A stretch of DNA of 64,000 bases from contig NMRA01000483.1 in NCBI GenBank assembly GCA_002633005.1, forward strand, positions 246,804 to 310,803, given 5' to 3'. The notes under the pieces were generated by a model that was given only the letters and a program-made list of their open reading frames with translations, was not told where the DNA came from and made no database searches. Shown in pieces: positions 26,335 to 38,814 of the stretch (positions within the stretch are counted from its first letter, which is position 1; every line of letters starts with the position of its first letter). This stretch comes from Phoronis australis. Its lineage: Eukaryota; Animalia; Phoronida. Both the position numbers and the translations under genes were made by a program.

Positions 26335-26974
26335 AGTCTGTACAGGTATTGCGCAGAGTAGCCCATTTCTGTTTCCTAGAACAGCTGATTTTGCAGTGGC
26401 AGTCACCGACTCAACGTTATACTCTTCTTACTGTAAGTTATGGCGATACGTACCGAGAGCATACAAAAATATCGCCAAGGCCGTCCTTAAACGGTTCTCA
26501 TAGTGGTAAAAAAATTAAAATGGTGTCAGACCCTGTTTATTGGGATTGATTGTCAAAAATACAAGATTTATGGTAAATATTGCTAATAGACGAAGCAAAC
26601 TGATATATTTCGTGAAAGGCATATTATAGGTCTAGTATCATTTGAATTTCTCAGTGAAATCAAAAATGTCTTTACATGGACACGACAATCGTGAGCTGGT
26701 TTCTACAACCAAATAGGCCATTTGCAAGGTGGATTAGTAAAGTCTACTTCTAACGTCATAGTGCTAACTCCAGCCGTTACTGTGCACAGCGGGGGTCAGC
26801 TGGCCAGGGTATTCCTCCTGAGAAGTTATGGAACAAAAACCAAGATCTTTTCCCGCTTTCACGCTGTTTAGAATCCCCACAAGTGTTCTATACTTGCAGT
26901 CGCTATGAAGCACAACGTTACGATTTTTGCGATACTGTGTTTTTTCAGACGATTCCTTGAAATGTACGGCCAAA

Positions 26975-28060
26975 ATGTTTTTCGTGAGGACCGCAGGCGT
27001 GGTAATTCTGTGTACAGTGATCGTATACACCTTGCACGGTTCACGGAGCTGGATAGGAAGACGTGCAGTAAATAACACAGCGCGCAATATAACATGTTCC
27101 GAAGCGACTGGGACGACACCAAGAAATAAGCACTTAACGAAGTCACTCGCTACTTATGAGGGAACGTGTGCATCAATGATTCAAGCGACCTCGCGCGGAC
27201 GGTGGGTAAAACGCAAGAGAAATCTAGTAGTCTGGAAACCTCTCGGTTGTGTTTTATCAAAAGTCAAACATTCTATGGCGAAATATCCATTTAAAAGATT
27301 AGTGCTTCTTGGTGATTCAAACACCTACAAACTCTTTGTATACCTAAGTAGGGAACTGCAGTGTAACGGTCGTAAGTTGAATTCCGGAGAAGCGAGATGC
27401 CAGATTGGGAAATATCTGAAAGTGGGAAGTCGCACTTCAGAATGGCACGCACCCATACACGGAATAGAAGGACCTGTTGAATTTGGCAGGTATCATCCCG
27501 GCTGCACTGATTGTTACGGCTGCAAGCCGTCGTGGACTATGTGCGATAAAGAAGGAAGGACGAGTCTAGAATATATACCCGTAGAGTTTGCCAGAGACGT
27601 TGCAGTGCAGGCCAAGGAATATGGTACCACTCAAGAGAACGTGGTAAATTATTTGAACAAAACTGGGGCTCCCACAGTATTAATATTTAATACTGGGGTA
27701 CATGATCTAATGTACTCCAATGTAACGGCATACAAAAACAATCTACTGTGGTATACGCGGCTGTTGACGACAAACTTCCTGAATACCAAGTTCCTGTTCA
27801 TTAACACCGCCTGCGTGGATGAAAGTAAATTAGCACCTGAATACAAAGGGATTATTCGAAATGATATTTTGACTCGATATAACGTAGAGGCGTTCAAGAT
27901 CATGGAATCTTTCAGTATTGCGTACATCGACAATTTCCAATTAACCAACAATTCCTTCTCATTTCAGCATTATAGTGCGGATGCTCTGCATTTCACTCCT
28001 CTTTATTATACCAACATGATACAGTTTTTACACGTGCAGTTTGATTGGTGGTTCACTTAA
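26975..28060 (+). CDS. SGNH/GDSL-fold PC-esterase-like protein (putative O-acyl esterase/acetyltransferase), type II membrane anchor, single coding exon, 361 aa
   Basis: Longest ORF in the window. ATG at 26975 follows an acceptor-like tttttcag. It has an N-terminal hydrophobic anchor (VVILCTVIVYTL), C..GRW..W.P.GC, LLGDSN (GDS nucleophile), FNTGVHD and C-terminal DALH (DxxH), plus several N-x-S/T sequons. Confidence 0.85.
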   Translation: MFFVRTAGVVILCTVIVYTLHGSRSWIGRRAVNNTARNITCSEATGTTPRNKHLTKSLATYEGTCASMIQATSRGRWVKRKRNLVVWKPLGCVLSKVKHSMAKYPFKRLVLLGDSNTYKLFVYLSRELQCNGRKLNSGEARCQIGKYLKVGSRTSEWHAPIHGIEGPVEFGRYHPGCTDCYGCKPSWTMCDKEGRTSLEYIPVEFARDVAVQAKEYGTTQENVVNYLNKTGAPTVLIFNTGVHDLMYSNVTAYKNNLLWYTRLLTTNFLNTKFLFINTACVDESKLAPEYKGIIRNDILTRYNVEAFKIMESFSIAYIDNFQLTNNSFSFQHYSADALHFTPLYYTNMIQFLHVQFDWWFT

Positions 28061-28224
28061 CTGTAAATACTGGTACTTATTAATTCAAGAAAAAGTGACT
28101 GAAATACTGGAATTTGCTTACTTGTGTTATCGACACTCCGTCTCTAACGGACTTCAGCTTGGCCAGTGGTGTTATTATCGTTCTGGCCAATAGCCAGGCG
28201 TTTTAACCAAAACTTTAATGCTTT

Positions 28225-28745
28225 TATCCCACGTGCGTTGAATCTGTCGAGGGAAATACGGCCATGAAATTAAGTTTTCCGTATTCACCTCCAGCACTAC
28301 TTTATCATCTACGTCTGACATGGAAAGTTCAAACGGTAGGTAAATGACGACTCGACGTCTTCTGAGCCGCTTCGATCATCAAACTTTCCGAATATAGTTT
28401 AAAGTAACACAGCTGCAACACTGTAACTAACACTCGACATGCAAGCAGGCCCTAAACGTAAAATCTAGAACAAAACTGTTAATTATAAGACACTTATGTC
28501 TCAGTTTTCAATTTCTGAATAGTATATCGTCTGCAACTCAGGCGCCGATTCCTTGGAAATTAAAATATCAAATATTGTTTTTTTAACTATTTCCAGGAGT
28601 TGTTACAAGTTCACTGCTCAGTTGCCGTTGTTTTCATCTTTGCTACCTCAAGTAATAAATCGTTACTTTTAAAACTTTCTTTTTCAAGAGAAAACTTGCA
28701 ACCTAACGCGCAAGTAGGCTACATACGTATAGGATGTGATCCGCC
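28225..28745 (-). repeat. Interspersed repeat, inverted copy of 15664-16155
   Basis: Reverse-complement similarity as described for 15664-16155. Confidence 0.8.
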
Positions 28746-28899
28746 GTGTGAACGGTCTGGATGAAGTATTCGAAAAATCTGCCGAGAAACTTAGGGATTC
28801 GAATTACATGGGATAAATACAAAACGTATCTCGACTGGCGTACATGAAGTAATATCCCACGAGACATTATTCCGCGTATCGACCGAGATAGAAGGTCGA

Positions 28900-29908
28900 G
28901 TCAGATCTGTCCGAAAGTCGTCGTCGTCCGTAGCCAACATCATATAAATACACTTTGTGCTAAATTAAGTAAAGATCCTGCAAACAGTTTAGGAGATACA
29001 GCCATGAGCGCAAGAAAATGCCACTAGAAGGCCCCCAGTAGTCGTCAGAAAATCATCGTCAACCGTCCACTTCATAGTAAAAACATGCATGCCAATTTTC
29101 ACAATTATCCTGAAAACGGTTTGGTTGATAGACGAGTGGATGCCAAAAAAACTCGAAAACAGTAAAAATGACCACTAGGTGGCGCAAAATAGGTCAAATT
29201 CATCTGAAAACGAAGAGATAGCGACAACTTGTTAATCGATGCCTATATGCCAAATTTTAAGAAAATACGTTGAGGGCCTTTGAAGATACAGAGGTAAACG
29301 TAAAAAAAATAAAATTGCCACTAGGTGGCACACCAGTAGCCAGGTCTGTCCAAATGTTCTTACATCTTATAAATATACTTACTAAATTTCGTAAAGATCC
29401 TGCGAACGGTTTAGGAGATACAGCCATAGATGCAAAAAAACTGTCACTAGAAGGCGCCACAGTAGTCAAAGTCGTCGGAAAATCATCGTCAGACGTCCAC
29501 TTCAGGCATGCCAATTTTCACAATCATCCTTTGAGCGGTTTGATTTATAGAGGGGTGGACGCAAAAAAGACTCGAAAACAGTAAAACGGCCACTAGGTGA
29601 CGCAAACTACGTCGAATCCATCCCAAAACCGGAGGATAGCGTCACCTCACTAATAGGTGCCTACATACCACTAGGGGGCACACTGGTAGTCGGATCCGTC
29701 CGAAAGTTCGCTCATGGCGTCCCATTTATGAAAGGAACATATATGCTAAATTTCATCACAGACTATAATCTATGATTTCATGAACTTATGTCAAAGGATT
29801 TTGGAGATAGAGCAGCGGACGCCGGACGCCGGACGGACGTCGCAAGGACGGATGGACGGAGATGACGGCATAATGCGTCCACATATAAATCTGTGGGCAC
29901 ATAAAAAT
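28900..29908 (+). mobile_element. Helentron/HINE (DINE-1-like) non-autonomous element, missing one end, with internal tandem array
   Basis: Higher-order repeat of ~420 bp, (GGAC)n-like microsatellite at 29815-29865, and terminal hairpin atgcgtccaca..tgtgggcacat followed by aaaaa. Homologous to the 53311 and 57905 copies. Confidence 0.65.
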
Positions 29909-30880
29909 GTAATGCATACGTACATGTTTCTGCAATGACAAAAAGAACAGAAAAGAAAACCATACCCACCCTCTCAATCATTATGCATATTAATTAAGTA
30001 GAAAATAGCATTTTTTCTTCTGAGAAATGTATTGTAAATAAGACTTGTAACTAATTTACTGACAGTGGGGTTATTCATTAGGAAAACAGTCTGCTTCTGA
30101 ATTTCTAGCTCACCTAATGAGGGGCAGATCAACATGACCTCTGTAAATAACTCGGTTCTGAGATCAGTGTACAGATCGCAGGAGCAAAGGAAATGCGTTT
30201 CATCCTCTACAAATGAGGCAGTACAAAAATCACACAAACGCTCCTCAACCGGAGTAAAAATACTGAAACGGCCTGTTTCCATTTTCAGCGGCAATACTCC
30301 GCATCTAAACTGAGAACAGGGATTTCTTTTCTCTAGCTTTTAAATAAACTTCTGCTTGATAAACAGTTTAAAATAATTTATATGTTTTTAGCTAAGGTTT
30401 GCTCACAATTTCCGCCCTTCATTCAGACTGGGAAAGATTCATCAGTTTCATTTTGGCATTTTCCAGATCACAAGCTGACCTTTAATAAAATGCTTAAATC
30501 TGATCAACCTCAGTAAAAATTTGAAAAACACTTTTTGACCAATTTTCCTTTCTGTACGTGAGGTCCCAATAAGATACTTGGCTTGTGAGAAGATTATCAG
30601 GCATGCAAATAAGTCTATGCCAGAGCCATTATACTCTACACAATTTCCTACAAACTATATCCACCCCATATCTCCATTCATTGCGGCAATTGGAGTAAAT
30701 TTGTGAATCCCAAGAACGTATTGAATGGCCAGACTTTGGATTGAATCACACTGAGGAAAAAGCCCTGTCCCCCAAACACCAACGCAATAATCAAGTTTTG
30801 TGATAACACACGCATCATATAATGTGGTGTAGGTATGTCTGGAACCCAACATCACGCATGCGCTTGAATTTAGAGACCAT

Positions 30881-31125
30881 GGGCCAGTTCCAGCAAAATT
30901 GACTTTGCTAAGGCAAAACTCAAATTTTTGTAAATTTTAAAAAGTTAAATTTGTCTCAAAACCAATTCAAGAAAGAGATCTTAAATTTGACCTTAAGTGT
31001 TTGGCATAAGTTCAGTCTTAATTTTGTCTAACTTTCCGAATGTGTAAGTTTCAAAGTTTGGAAGTTAAGACAAATCTTAAACTTAAATCAAAAATGAAGT
31101 TAACATTGTTTCTTGGAACAGGCTC
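30881..31125. mobile_element. ~245-bp Harbinger-like MITE inserted in the LINE
   Basis: TIR gggccagttcc / ggaacaggctc with CAT on both sides; second copy at ~31789-32038. Confidence 0.75.
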
Positions 31126-31788
31126 CATAGTATCAACTGCACGCTCACCAGATGATGCACATCATGTTCACGTGACGCGAGTAAAGCAATGTCGTCAGCA
31201 TACAACAAAGAGCTAATTACATTATTTCCTACAGAGATACCACGGTTGAACCGTCACCAAAACTTATGGGGAACCAATCAGTGGAACAATTTCTAGAAAT
31301 CTGAACACGAGCCACAGGATCGGAGTAAATAGTTTATATGGCATTATACATTATGATCATCAATATTATTTAGTAGAAATTTATAGAATAATAAATCCCT
31401 ATCTAGTACACGGTCAAATGCCTTCTTCATATCCACAAATGTTACAAATGTTGGAAGTTTTTCATTTTTTTGTTTTGAATTACAGACGCCAATGAAAGGA
31501 CATGACCGATACAGGATCTATATTTTCGAAAACCGTTTTGCTCCTTAGCAAGCAGACTATACTTCTCAACATGAGAGGATATCCTGGCATTTAGAATACC
31601 ACTATAAATTTTATAAACACAGGAAAGCAGGCTGTTTCTCCTATAATTTAACAGAACAAGAGGATCCTTGTCTAAACCTTTCGGAATAGGAGTAATATTG
31701 GTTTTAATCTACACCGAGGGGACATACCGCGAAACAAAAATAGCTTGAAATAGTTACTGCGGGTGCTTAAAAACTTCATTGGGGACCT

Positions 31789-32038
31789 TAGGTACGTTCC
31801 AACAAAACTGACTTAGCTAAGACAAATATTAAATTTTATTAAATTTTAAGGTAAAAGTTGAATTTGTCTCAAAACCAATTCAATAAAGAGATCTTAAGTA
31901 TGACTTAAGTGTTTGACATAAGTTTTGTCTTAATTTTGATTAACTTTCCGAATACGGAAATTTCAAAGTTTTGAAGTTAAAACAAATCTTAAACTTAAGT
32001 AAAAAACGAACTTAAGTTAATTTCTTTGAACAGGCCCC
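31789..32038. mobile_element. Second copy of the ~245-bp MITE
   Basis: Collinear with 30881-31125 (aatttgtctcaaaaccaattcaa..gagatcttaa); ends gaacaggcccc. Confidence 0.7.
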
Positions 32039-32497
32039 TGGTCAACACCCATCGCTGTGTTAGGCTTTGCCTTGGAATTCTCTGAACTTCTTGCACAGTA
32101 ATGTCAAAGTTCAGTTCGCCATTGCATACGTAATCAGGGGACGACATAAAACCTTCAATGTATTCTTTGGCTAGTAAACTATTCTTATATAATTCATTAT
32201 CAAAGTAAAATTCGGGAACAAAACCTGAGTAAAGGGGTTATAATTTAAAAGAGCATCGCTCTGAGCCCACTAGTACCATAAATTGTTAAACGAAACGAAC
32301 TGTTAGGTGTATTTGGTTTGCTTTTGTCTACGTCACCGCGAGAATCACCTTTTAATTCACCAGCACGCAATGGTGTTCTATTCAGACCCTTATTAAATAC
32401 AACTGTTATCGGCCTTTTGTTATTTGTGCGGTGACGCAAGATGGCGCGAAAGGGAGGCTTCAGCTGTCATTTGACGGGCCCACATTTGCGTGATTAA

Positions 32498-32876
32498 AGG
32501 ATAAAGCCACCCGATTTAGTTAGCCTTTAGTTTTTACCGCTTTAATCGGTCTATATCCACATCACCTCGCATACGGTCGATCATAGTTCACCGAGAGATG
32601 TCGCGTTAACCTGTGGGGAAGGTGAGAAACGACGCAGCGACGTCAGTGGTTCTTTTGCAGAGTGAGTGCCGCTATGGTGTGGTGTACCGTTCCCGCTTGT
32701 GCAAACTATGAAGATGCGAGGAAAGCGGGTATATCGTTTTTGATTTCCTCGGGAGCTCATAATGCTTCGGAAGTGGCTTGCGGTAGTGAATAATGAAAAG
32801 TAAGACGTTAATGCCAAGTATAAGGCCGTGAAACTTCTCTGTGTCTGTCAGTCATGGTGGCCTGCATTTCGTCAGA
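32498..32876 (-). mobile_element. Kolobok-like element, terminal fragment
   Basis: TTAA-aggataaagccacccg start; collinear with 19637-20010. Confidence 0.75.
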
Positions 32877-35345
32877 TTGGTTGTTGATTAGTTTTTGACT
32901 ATGGGGAATTGCAGTTGGCCATGAAAACATGAACAATTATAATTAGGGCCTAATTCAAAGCGTAAGAACATAACGTTTTATAAGTTTGATGGCTGTGGCT
33001 CGTTCGTGAGGCTTCTGTTTGGTCCTCTGGGTGTAGGATGTTTTCGCCAGTTCTTTTTCTCAGCCCTAAAGACGTCGTTAGCACACCTCTGTTTAGATTC
33101 GGGGCAAAATCACGGTGGTCCATGACACACATCTGCGCTTCTCTTTAACTGGAACCCGTATTAGCTATTCCACAACTGGGAACCATTACCATACACAAAC
33201 GCAACTGCCTAACTGCGACCCGTAACTATATATCCCATGAACCGGGTACCGCGCAACATTTATGCCAAACAAGCAGCTGAATGAGACTATATATGTTAAA
33301 CAACAACTATATACGCTCTAAACACGAGTACAACATGCTATGCCTCTTACAACAGCTTGGCCGACAGTCTGTGCTTAATCTAAAAATTCCAGCATCCGAG
33401 GAAAACACATGATTCGCGTTACAGATCTTGTCAACGAATGCCGTTATAACACTAGTCACCAAAAACCCGCGTAACATATAGAGGCTAATACCGGTCAAGC
33501 TACTATTCGACTATGCAAATGCTATTGTAACCACTAGAATGAACTGGCTTACTAAAAGAAACCCAATCAGAGCGGCGAAAGATGTACTGCTACGTCAGCA
33601 TATTAATGCAATTATTATTCCTTGGTATAGCCTGACATAGACAATTCGATGGCGGTGAATCCTATAGTATTTTTCGCATCTTTTATTTGTTTGAATCGAT
33701 TGTCTTAACACCACGGTGCTGTGCACCAGTCTTTTGAGTTTTTGTTATGAATTTGGAATCTCAGCTCCCCTCGTGAATACTTGGCAATATCGGATTTACA
33801 TGAATAGAGGGACCAAGTGACAATTCCCCCGAACCGCTCCAACAAGAGACGGTCCCGTCTGAAATGGGACACCTTTTAAAGATGGAAGGATAAACATCAT
33901 TAAGCTTTGAAAAGAGTGACAGTTCATTCCATTGTCATGAGACCGTGCAAGAAATGACCTTCCTCATCACGAAAACCTGTTGCACGATTTCACAAAAACA
34001 GGAAGATAGGGGTAATCGATTCCGACATTGGGCCCTCTCTCCGTGAGCAGGCCCTTAAGAATTTGTCAATTAAAACACGAAAAGAGTGGGCACTTGAATG
34101 TCATCAGAGACCCCACTTCCAAAGTTGGACTCCTAAATATGGAAAGATATATATTTTCAAAAATCAGAAAATGCACCGCAAATGATGCTATTTGTCAGGT
34201 CATCAACTTTTCTTAAGCAAATAACAATTTCGAGAGAAAAAATAACGAAAACTAGAGCGACAGAGGCAGCCCTCTGCAGAGAGCGGCCTCTAGAAAAATA
34301 TAGCTCTGACGGCGTATCAATCGGCAAGAAAGTGAGATCAGTCAAAAAGACGGTCGCGAATAGTAAACTGTAGCCATATCTAACACCACTAGTAGAGTTT
34401 GACCAGAGCTGCAACACAGACATTCCCGTCAAAGGGGGCCAGAGTTATGGCTTTGTAAAGAGAAATGTTGAAGAATGTCTTTCACGTCACATCTTAATTG
34501 TGTTCAACTTTCAACAAAATGTACTCTCGAGATATTGAGAGACCACATAATGCATGCAAATTTCAAGCCAAGATAACGTACTTGTATTACAAATTATAGG
34601 AGTAACATAGAATTCGCGTTAAACTTGCGGCAAACTCTGTACACCTACCAACAAAACTTACTTTAGACATCAAGAAAATGGTAAGTTGTACCGATGAACG
34701 CGGATCAAACATTTGCTGTAGCCACAGACGAGATTTATTAAAATATCCGATAGTTCCAACATAGGAGGTCAATCAGTATAAAAGAACAGTTATAGGTGAC
34801 GTAATAAAGGCAAGTTGCCATGATGAGCTAGAAACTTATGACAACTTACTGATATACACCGGCAGCCCAGAGCACATATAACCATAGGAGCACTTAGAGT
34901 CCACCTCCGTATACACGGAAATGGATGTCTGACCCCTGGGGACCTTACAAGGGGCCGAAAATGAGCTCGATTAGATATTCGAGATAAGGGACAAAACTGA
35001 TTTATAACGGATAGTACCACACTGAACACCAGGAAATTGTGAGATTAAGACTTGAAAATTTCAGATTCAATGCAAGTTCGACTGGTTTTATTGAACTCAG
35101 TGTGAGGAAAGTGGTAATTAATCTGGGTGCAGTTTGACTTAGGTGCGAATTGAGTTGAAAACTGAATGGACTAACAGAATGACCGACCTCCCCATGTCGG
35201 GAGGAGTATGTTCCTTTTCCCTCAAGAAACTTGATTGGAACCTCAATCTAATATCTTTGCAAATGTTAGACAGTGAAGTGATTGGTCGGAGTACATGAGA
35301 TAATAATTTTTATTTTTACTGAATCATGACTATTATGGTTAGGTA

Positions 35346-36383
35346 CAGTGGCGGATCTAGGATGTCACAAGGGGGGCCCAACATTTTGTCCGGCTGTAAN
35401 NNNNNNNNNNNNNNNNNNNNNNNNNNNNNNNNNNNNNNNNNNNNNNNNNNNNNNNNNNNNNNNNNNNNNNNNNNNNNNNNNNNNNNNNNNNNNNNNNNNN
35501 NNNNNNNNNNNNNNNNNNNNNNNNNNNNNNNNNNNNNNNNNNNNNNNNNNNNNNNNNNNNNNNNNNNNNNNNNNNNNNNNNNNNNNNNNNNNNNNNNNNN
35601 NNNNNNNNNNNNNNNNNNNNNNNNNNNNNNNNNNNNNNNNNNNNNNNNNNNNNNNNNNNNNNNNNNNNNNNNNNNNNNNNNNNNNNNNNNNNNNNNNNNN
35701 NNNNNNNNNNNNNNNNNNNNNNNNNNNNNNNNNNNNNNNNNNNNNNNNNNNNNNNNNNNNNNNNNNGCATTTGAAGACTATTTTAAATACAACAAATTTG
35801 TTAAGAACCGATTACACAAAATATAAAACGTGTAATAAGCATTAAAAAAAGAAGTAGGTTTCGCGCGCAAACGCTGTGGACCACAAACAAGTAGGTCTCT
35901 TAGTTTCTGTATAATATTCAAGTCGTGGTGGTGTAGTGGTAAAGTACGCGCGTCCTATCAGCCAGGTCATGAGTTCGAGTCTGTGACACTCGCAATTTTT
36001 CCGGTGTGACACTTTCTCCTGTTTTTTTTTTTCTTTTTTTCTTTTTTTTCTTGGATAATACATCAGAAATCAAGGAAAATGCTTGATTTTTAGAGGAAAA
36101 ACAGAAAAATTTCCTGGGCGGGAGTCGTAGTGTGCAGCGCTACTGCCGGTCGCCTGGGATATCGCGGGAGAGCCTATACTTAGCCATAGTTCCGTTACGA
36201 ATGCACCGTGTTCCGAATTTGACACTTGAAACACTAAAACTGCACACATTTAAATCTTTTTTCATCCGTATAAATTTAATTAACGGGGTTAAATAATAAA
36301 CTCAACATTTCCCTACGCTCTTACTGTTTTATTTTTTGCGGCAGCCAAGGGGGGGCCTGGGCCTCTCCTCAATCCGCCTATGA
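35346..36383. mobile_element. Putative MITE spanning an assembly gap
   Basis: Ends cagtggcggatc / aatccgcctatg with ggggggcc subterminal motifs. The interior is partly N. Confidence 0.45.
35922..35998 (+). other. tRNA-derived Pol III promoter relic (SINE head or tRNA pseudogene)
   Basis: A-box-like tggtgtagtgg and B-box-like gagttcgagtc at tRNA-like spacing. No intact cloverleaf. Confidence 0.45.
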
Positions 36384-38597
36384 GGTAAGATCCCTCGTGA
36401 AGAGCATGCCAGTATCTTTACATGGATAACTTTCTCTGAAAATGGGTTATACTTGCCAATATCTCCTCATTGTTTTCATGACATTGTTAACTAGACATCC
36501 AGACATGGGCATCGAAACAATCACCACAGTGGTGGTATTGGTCTGTCTTCGCACACATTGCAGGTAGAGCTTCATATGTTTCAGGGTTTGAATTTGAAAC
36601 AAGATGTCCCTCGTTTAGCTGAGTGTGTTTGTTAGCTTTAACAAGCTCACAACTTCTAGTAGCCATTTGTTTAAGCCAATGAAAAGCTTGGTTTTGCTAT
36701 GAGCTTCAAAATGTATACGCAAAAGCATGATTGTGAGTTAAAACTTTCAGATCTAGCCCTGGATGTGCTTGTTGAATCTCCATGTAATGTAAGGTAACAT
36801 TTCAGAGCTGTGCACGAGACTGCTAGTTAGAAATACGACAAGCTCTGCTCAATGTGTTGAGTTGTGCATTGCCTTATCAAACTAACAATGTAAACAAAAA
36901 AAAAAATTAACAAAAATAATGGGAATTGAAGTTCATCGCAGTTGCAAACAGTTTCATCACCTAATCATTATATTCCTTAGGTTTAGGTTGTCATAAAATT
37001 TGAAATAAAAAGTTACAAAATAGCCCTATGTTATCTGGTTAGCTTCCAGAACAACTTTTATTAACACATGGAGTTTTGTTAAATGCATGGTTTGCTCTAG
37101 ATTGCGATTGGATGGTAGGTTACTGTATGAAAACCTCTTTCAAACACAACTCTGTGTTACAGTTTTACGCGGGTTTATTCTAGAGATCTACAAGATACAT
37201 CTATTCACTATGCTGTCTAACTCTCAACTGAAAACTTGTTTGTCAGAACTAAAGATCATATGCTCATGAGTCATAATCAGATTTCAGAGAATTGTTTTGT
37301 ACGTCTTACACAATCTATGATTCTAGCTACCAGTGCCATATAAGGTTATGTTTTGGACTCTGCAAGTTTAATGAAAACCACGAACATAACAGTTACCATG
37401 TACATATTTTGTACTCATGTCGTGAAGAATAAACTTGTTTTGAATATCATAGTGGTGAATGTAGGGTTAAACTCCATTCAAAACGACTGGAAACTGACCC
37501 GTTGCAGCGCATGCTTGGTGTAAACGTGCACTCTTGTACTTGGATCCTGGAGAATGATTGGTTAATTATTGAGTCTGAATTTGAAGACTAGTTTCTAGGC
37601 TCTGTATAAGCGTCATTAAGTGCATGCTAGTTTTACAAATTAAGTAGTACAATAAATATCCAGCAAGTTAACTTTTCTTACACTGATAGCTTCTAGCCCG
37701 TCTGTTATTAAAGTTTGGTGTCTTTAACGAGGGCAGCTAACCAGGCAACAACGTACTCGCTTATGAACTGTAGCTTATGGATTGAATTACCTGGTCTCAG
37801 AAACGAGCGTTTGTATATTTTTACTGAAACTTGTTCGCGCCATGGAGTGTATTGGATTTACTATTACTGTGATTGTCAACAAAAATGAAACACTGACTTT
37901 TAATTTATTTTTGGAACGGTTGAATATCCTGATTCTAGCCTGAGGATTGCTGGAAAAATTTAACATTACGTTCCCAAAAGGTAGCTGTATTTCAAGCTTG
38001 CCCACTTATTATAAGCAACTAGTATATTTTGAGCAAGTGCATTTTATTTTCTGCAATTAATGATTGTTAATGAAACGTTAATAGATTTCTACTTATGTTA
38101 AATGATGTGTGATAATCGTTAAATTTGTTACTGTACTTCAATTCAATGAAAATCGAATTTTCTGAATACTTGTCTTACAGTAACTTATTACTCTTGGAAA
38201 ATCTCAAAAGTTAATTCCTTTGAAAACTTAAGTTCTAAAAAATTTTAACTTAAAACGTTTTCCAAAACTTAAGTTTGCTAAAAAAATTGTTCCAAAATAC
38301 TTGAGTTTTTGAAAAACTTAAATTCCAGAATATCAAGTTTTTGAAAAAAAATAGCATTTTTGATTATTTTTTTTGGAATAACTTAAAAACTAAAGTTTTT
38401 CAGACCACAAACTAAAGTTTTTCAAAGAAAACTAAAGTTCACTTGTGTAAGGGCAAGTATTTTCACGGTTTGTTCGTAAAGGGTTTTGAATATCTGTTTA
38501 TGTTAAGATTTTATTTTTATAAATCGCAAATGTTCACGCTAGCCACGAAATATTGGCCAACGTTGTATGGAACGGGCTTGGGCGCATGGGCCTAAAT

Positions 38598-38728
38598 CAT
38601 GGGCGGCGCAGCACTGAAATAAGTGGGAGACTATAGCCCCCAGCTCCCTATGGTGCGCCGCCCAAGTGATCATGAGCGGCGCAGCACTGAAAAAAGTGGG
38701 AGATATAGCCCCCTATTTTGCGCCGTTA
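38598..38728. repeat. Tiny TIR element plus partial tandem copy
   Basis: catgggcggcgca...tgcgccgcccaag followed by catgagcggcgcagcactgaaaaaagtgggaga. Confidence 0.55.
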
Positions 38729-38814
38729 CGTAAATACATGCACACGCAAAAATACGGTGCAAAGTAATACACTGACAATTATTCAACAGTAACCGACAAA
38801 ACAGTCAGGATTTG

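Larger units (their letters stand above)
29990..32230 (-). mobile_element. Decayed LINE ORF2 (RT plus C-terminal zinc-binding region), interrupted by two MITEs
   Basis: Minus-strand KEQNGFRK (~31540), FVDMKKAFDRV (~31420), LLYADDIAL (~31200), KLDYCVGVWG and LPLKMETGRF..ERLCDFC..EDETHFLCSC. Many stops and frameshifts. Confidence 0.85.

Noticed and set aside
35326-35845. Long ORFs in the track
   Set aside because: Mostly N residues.
35922-35998. Functional tRNA gene
   Set aside because: A and B boxes are present, but acceptor and anticodon stems cannot be formed.
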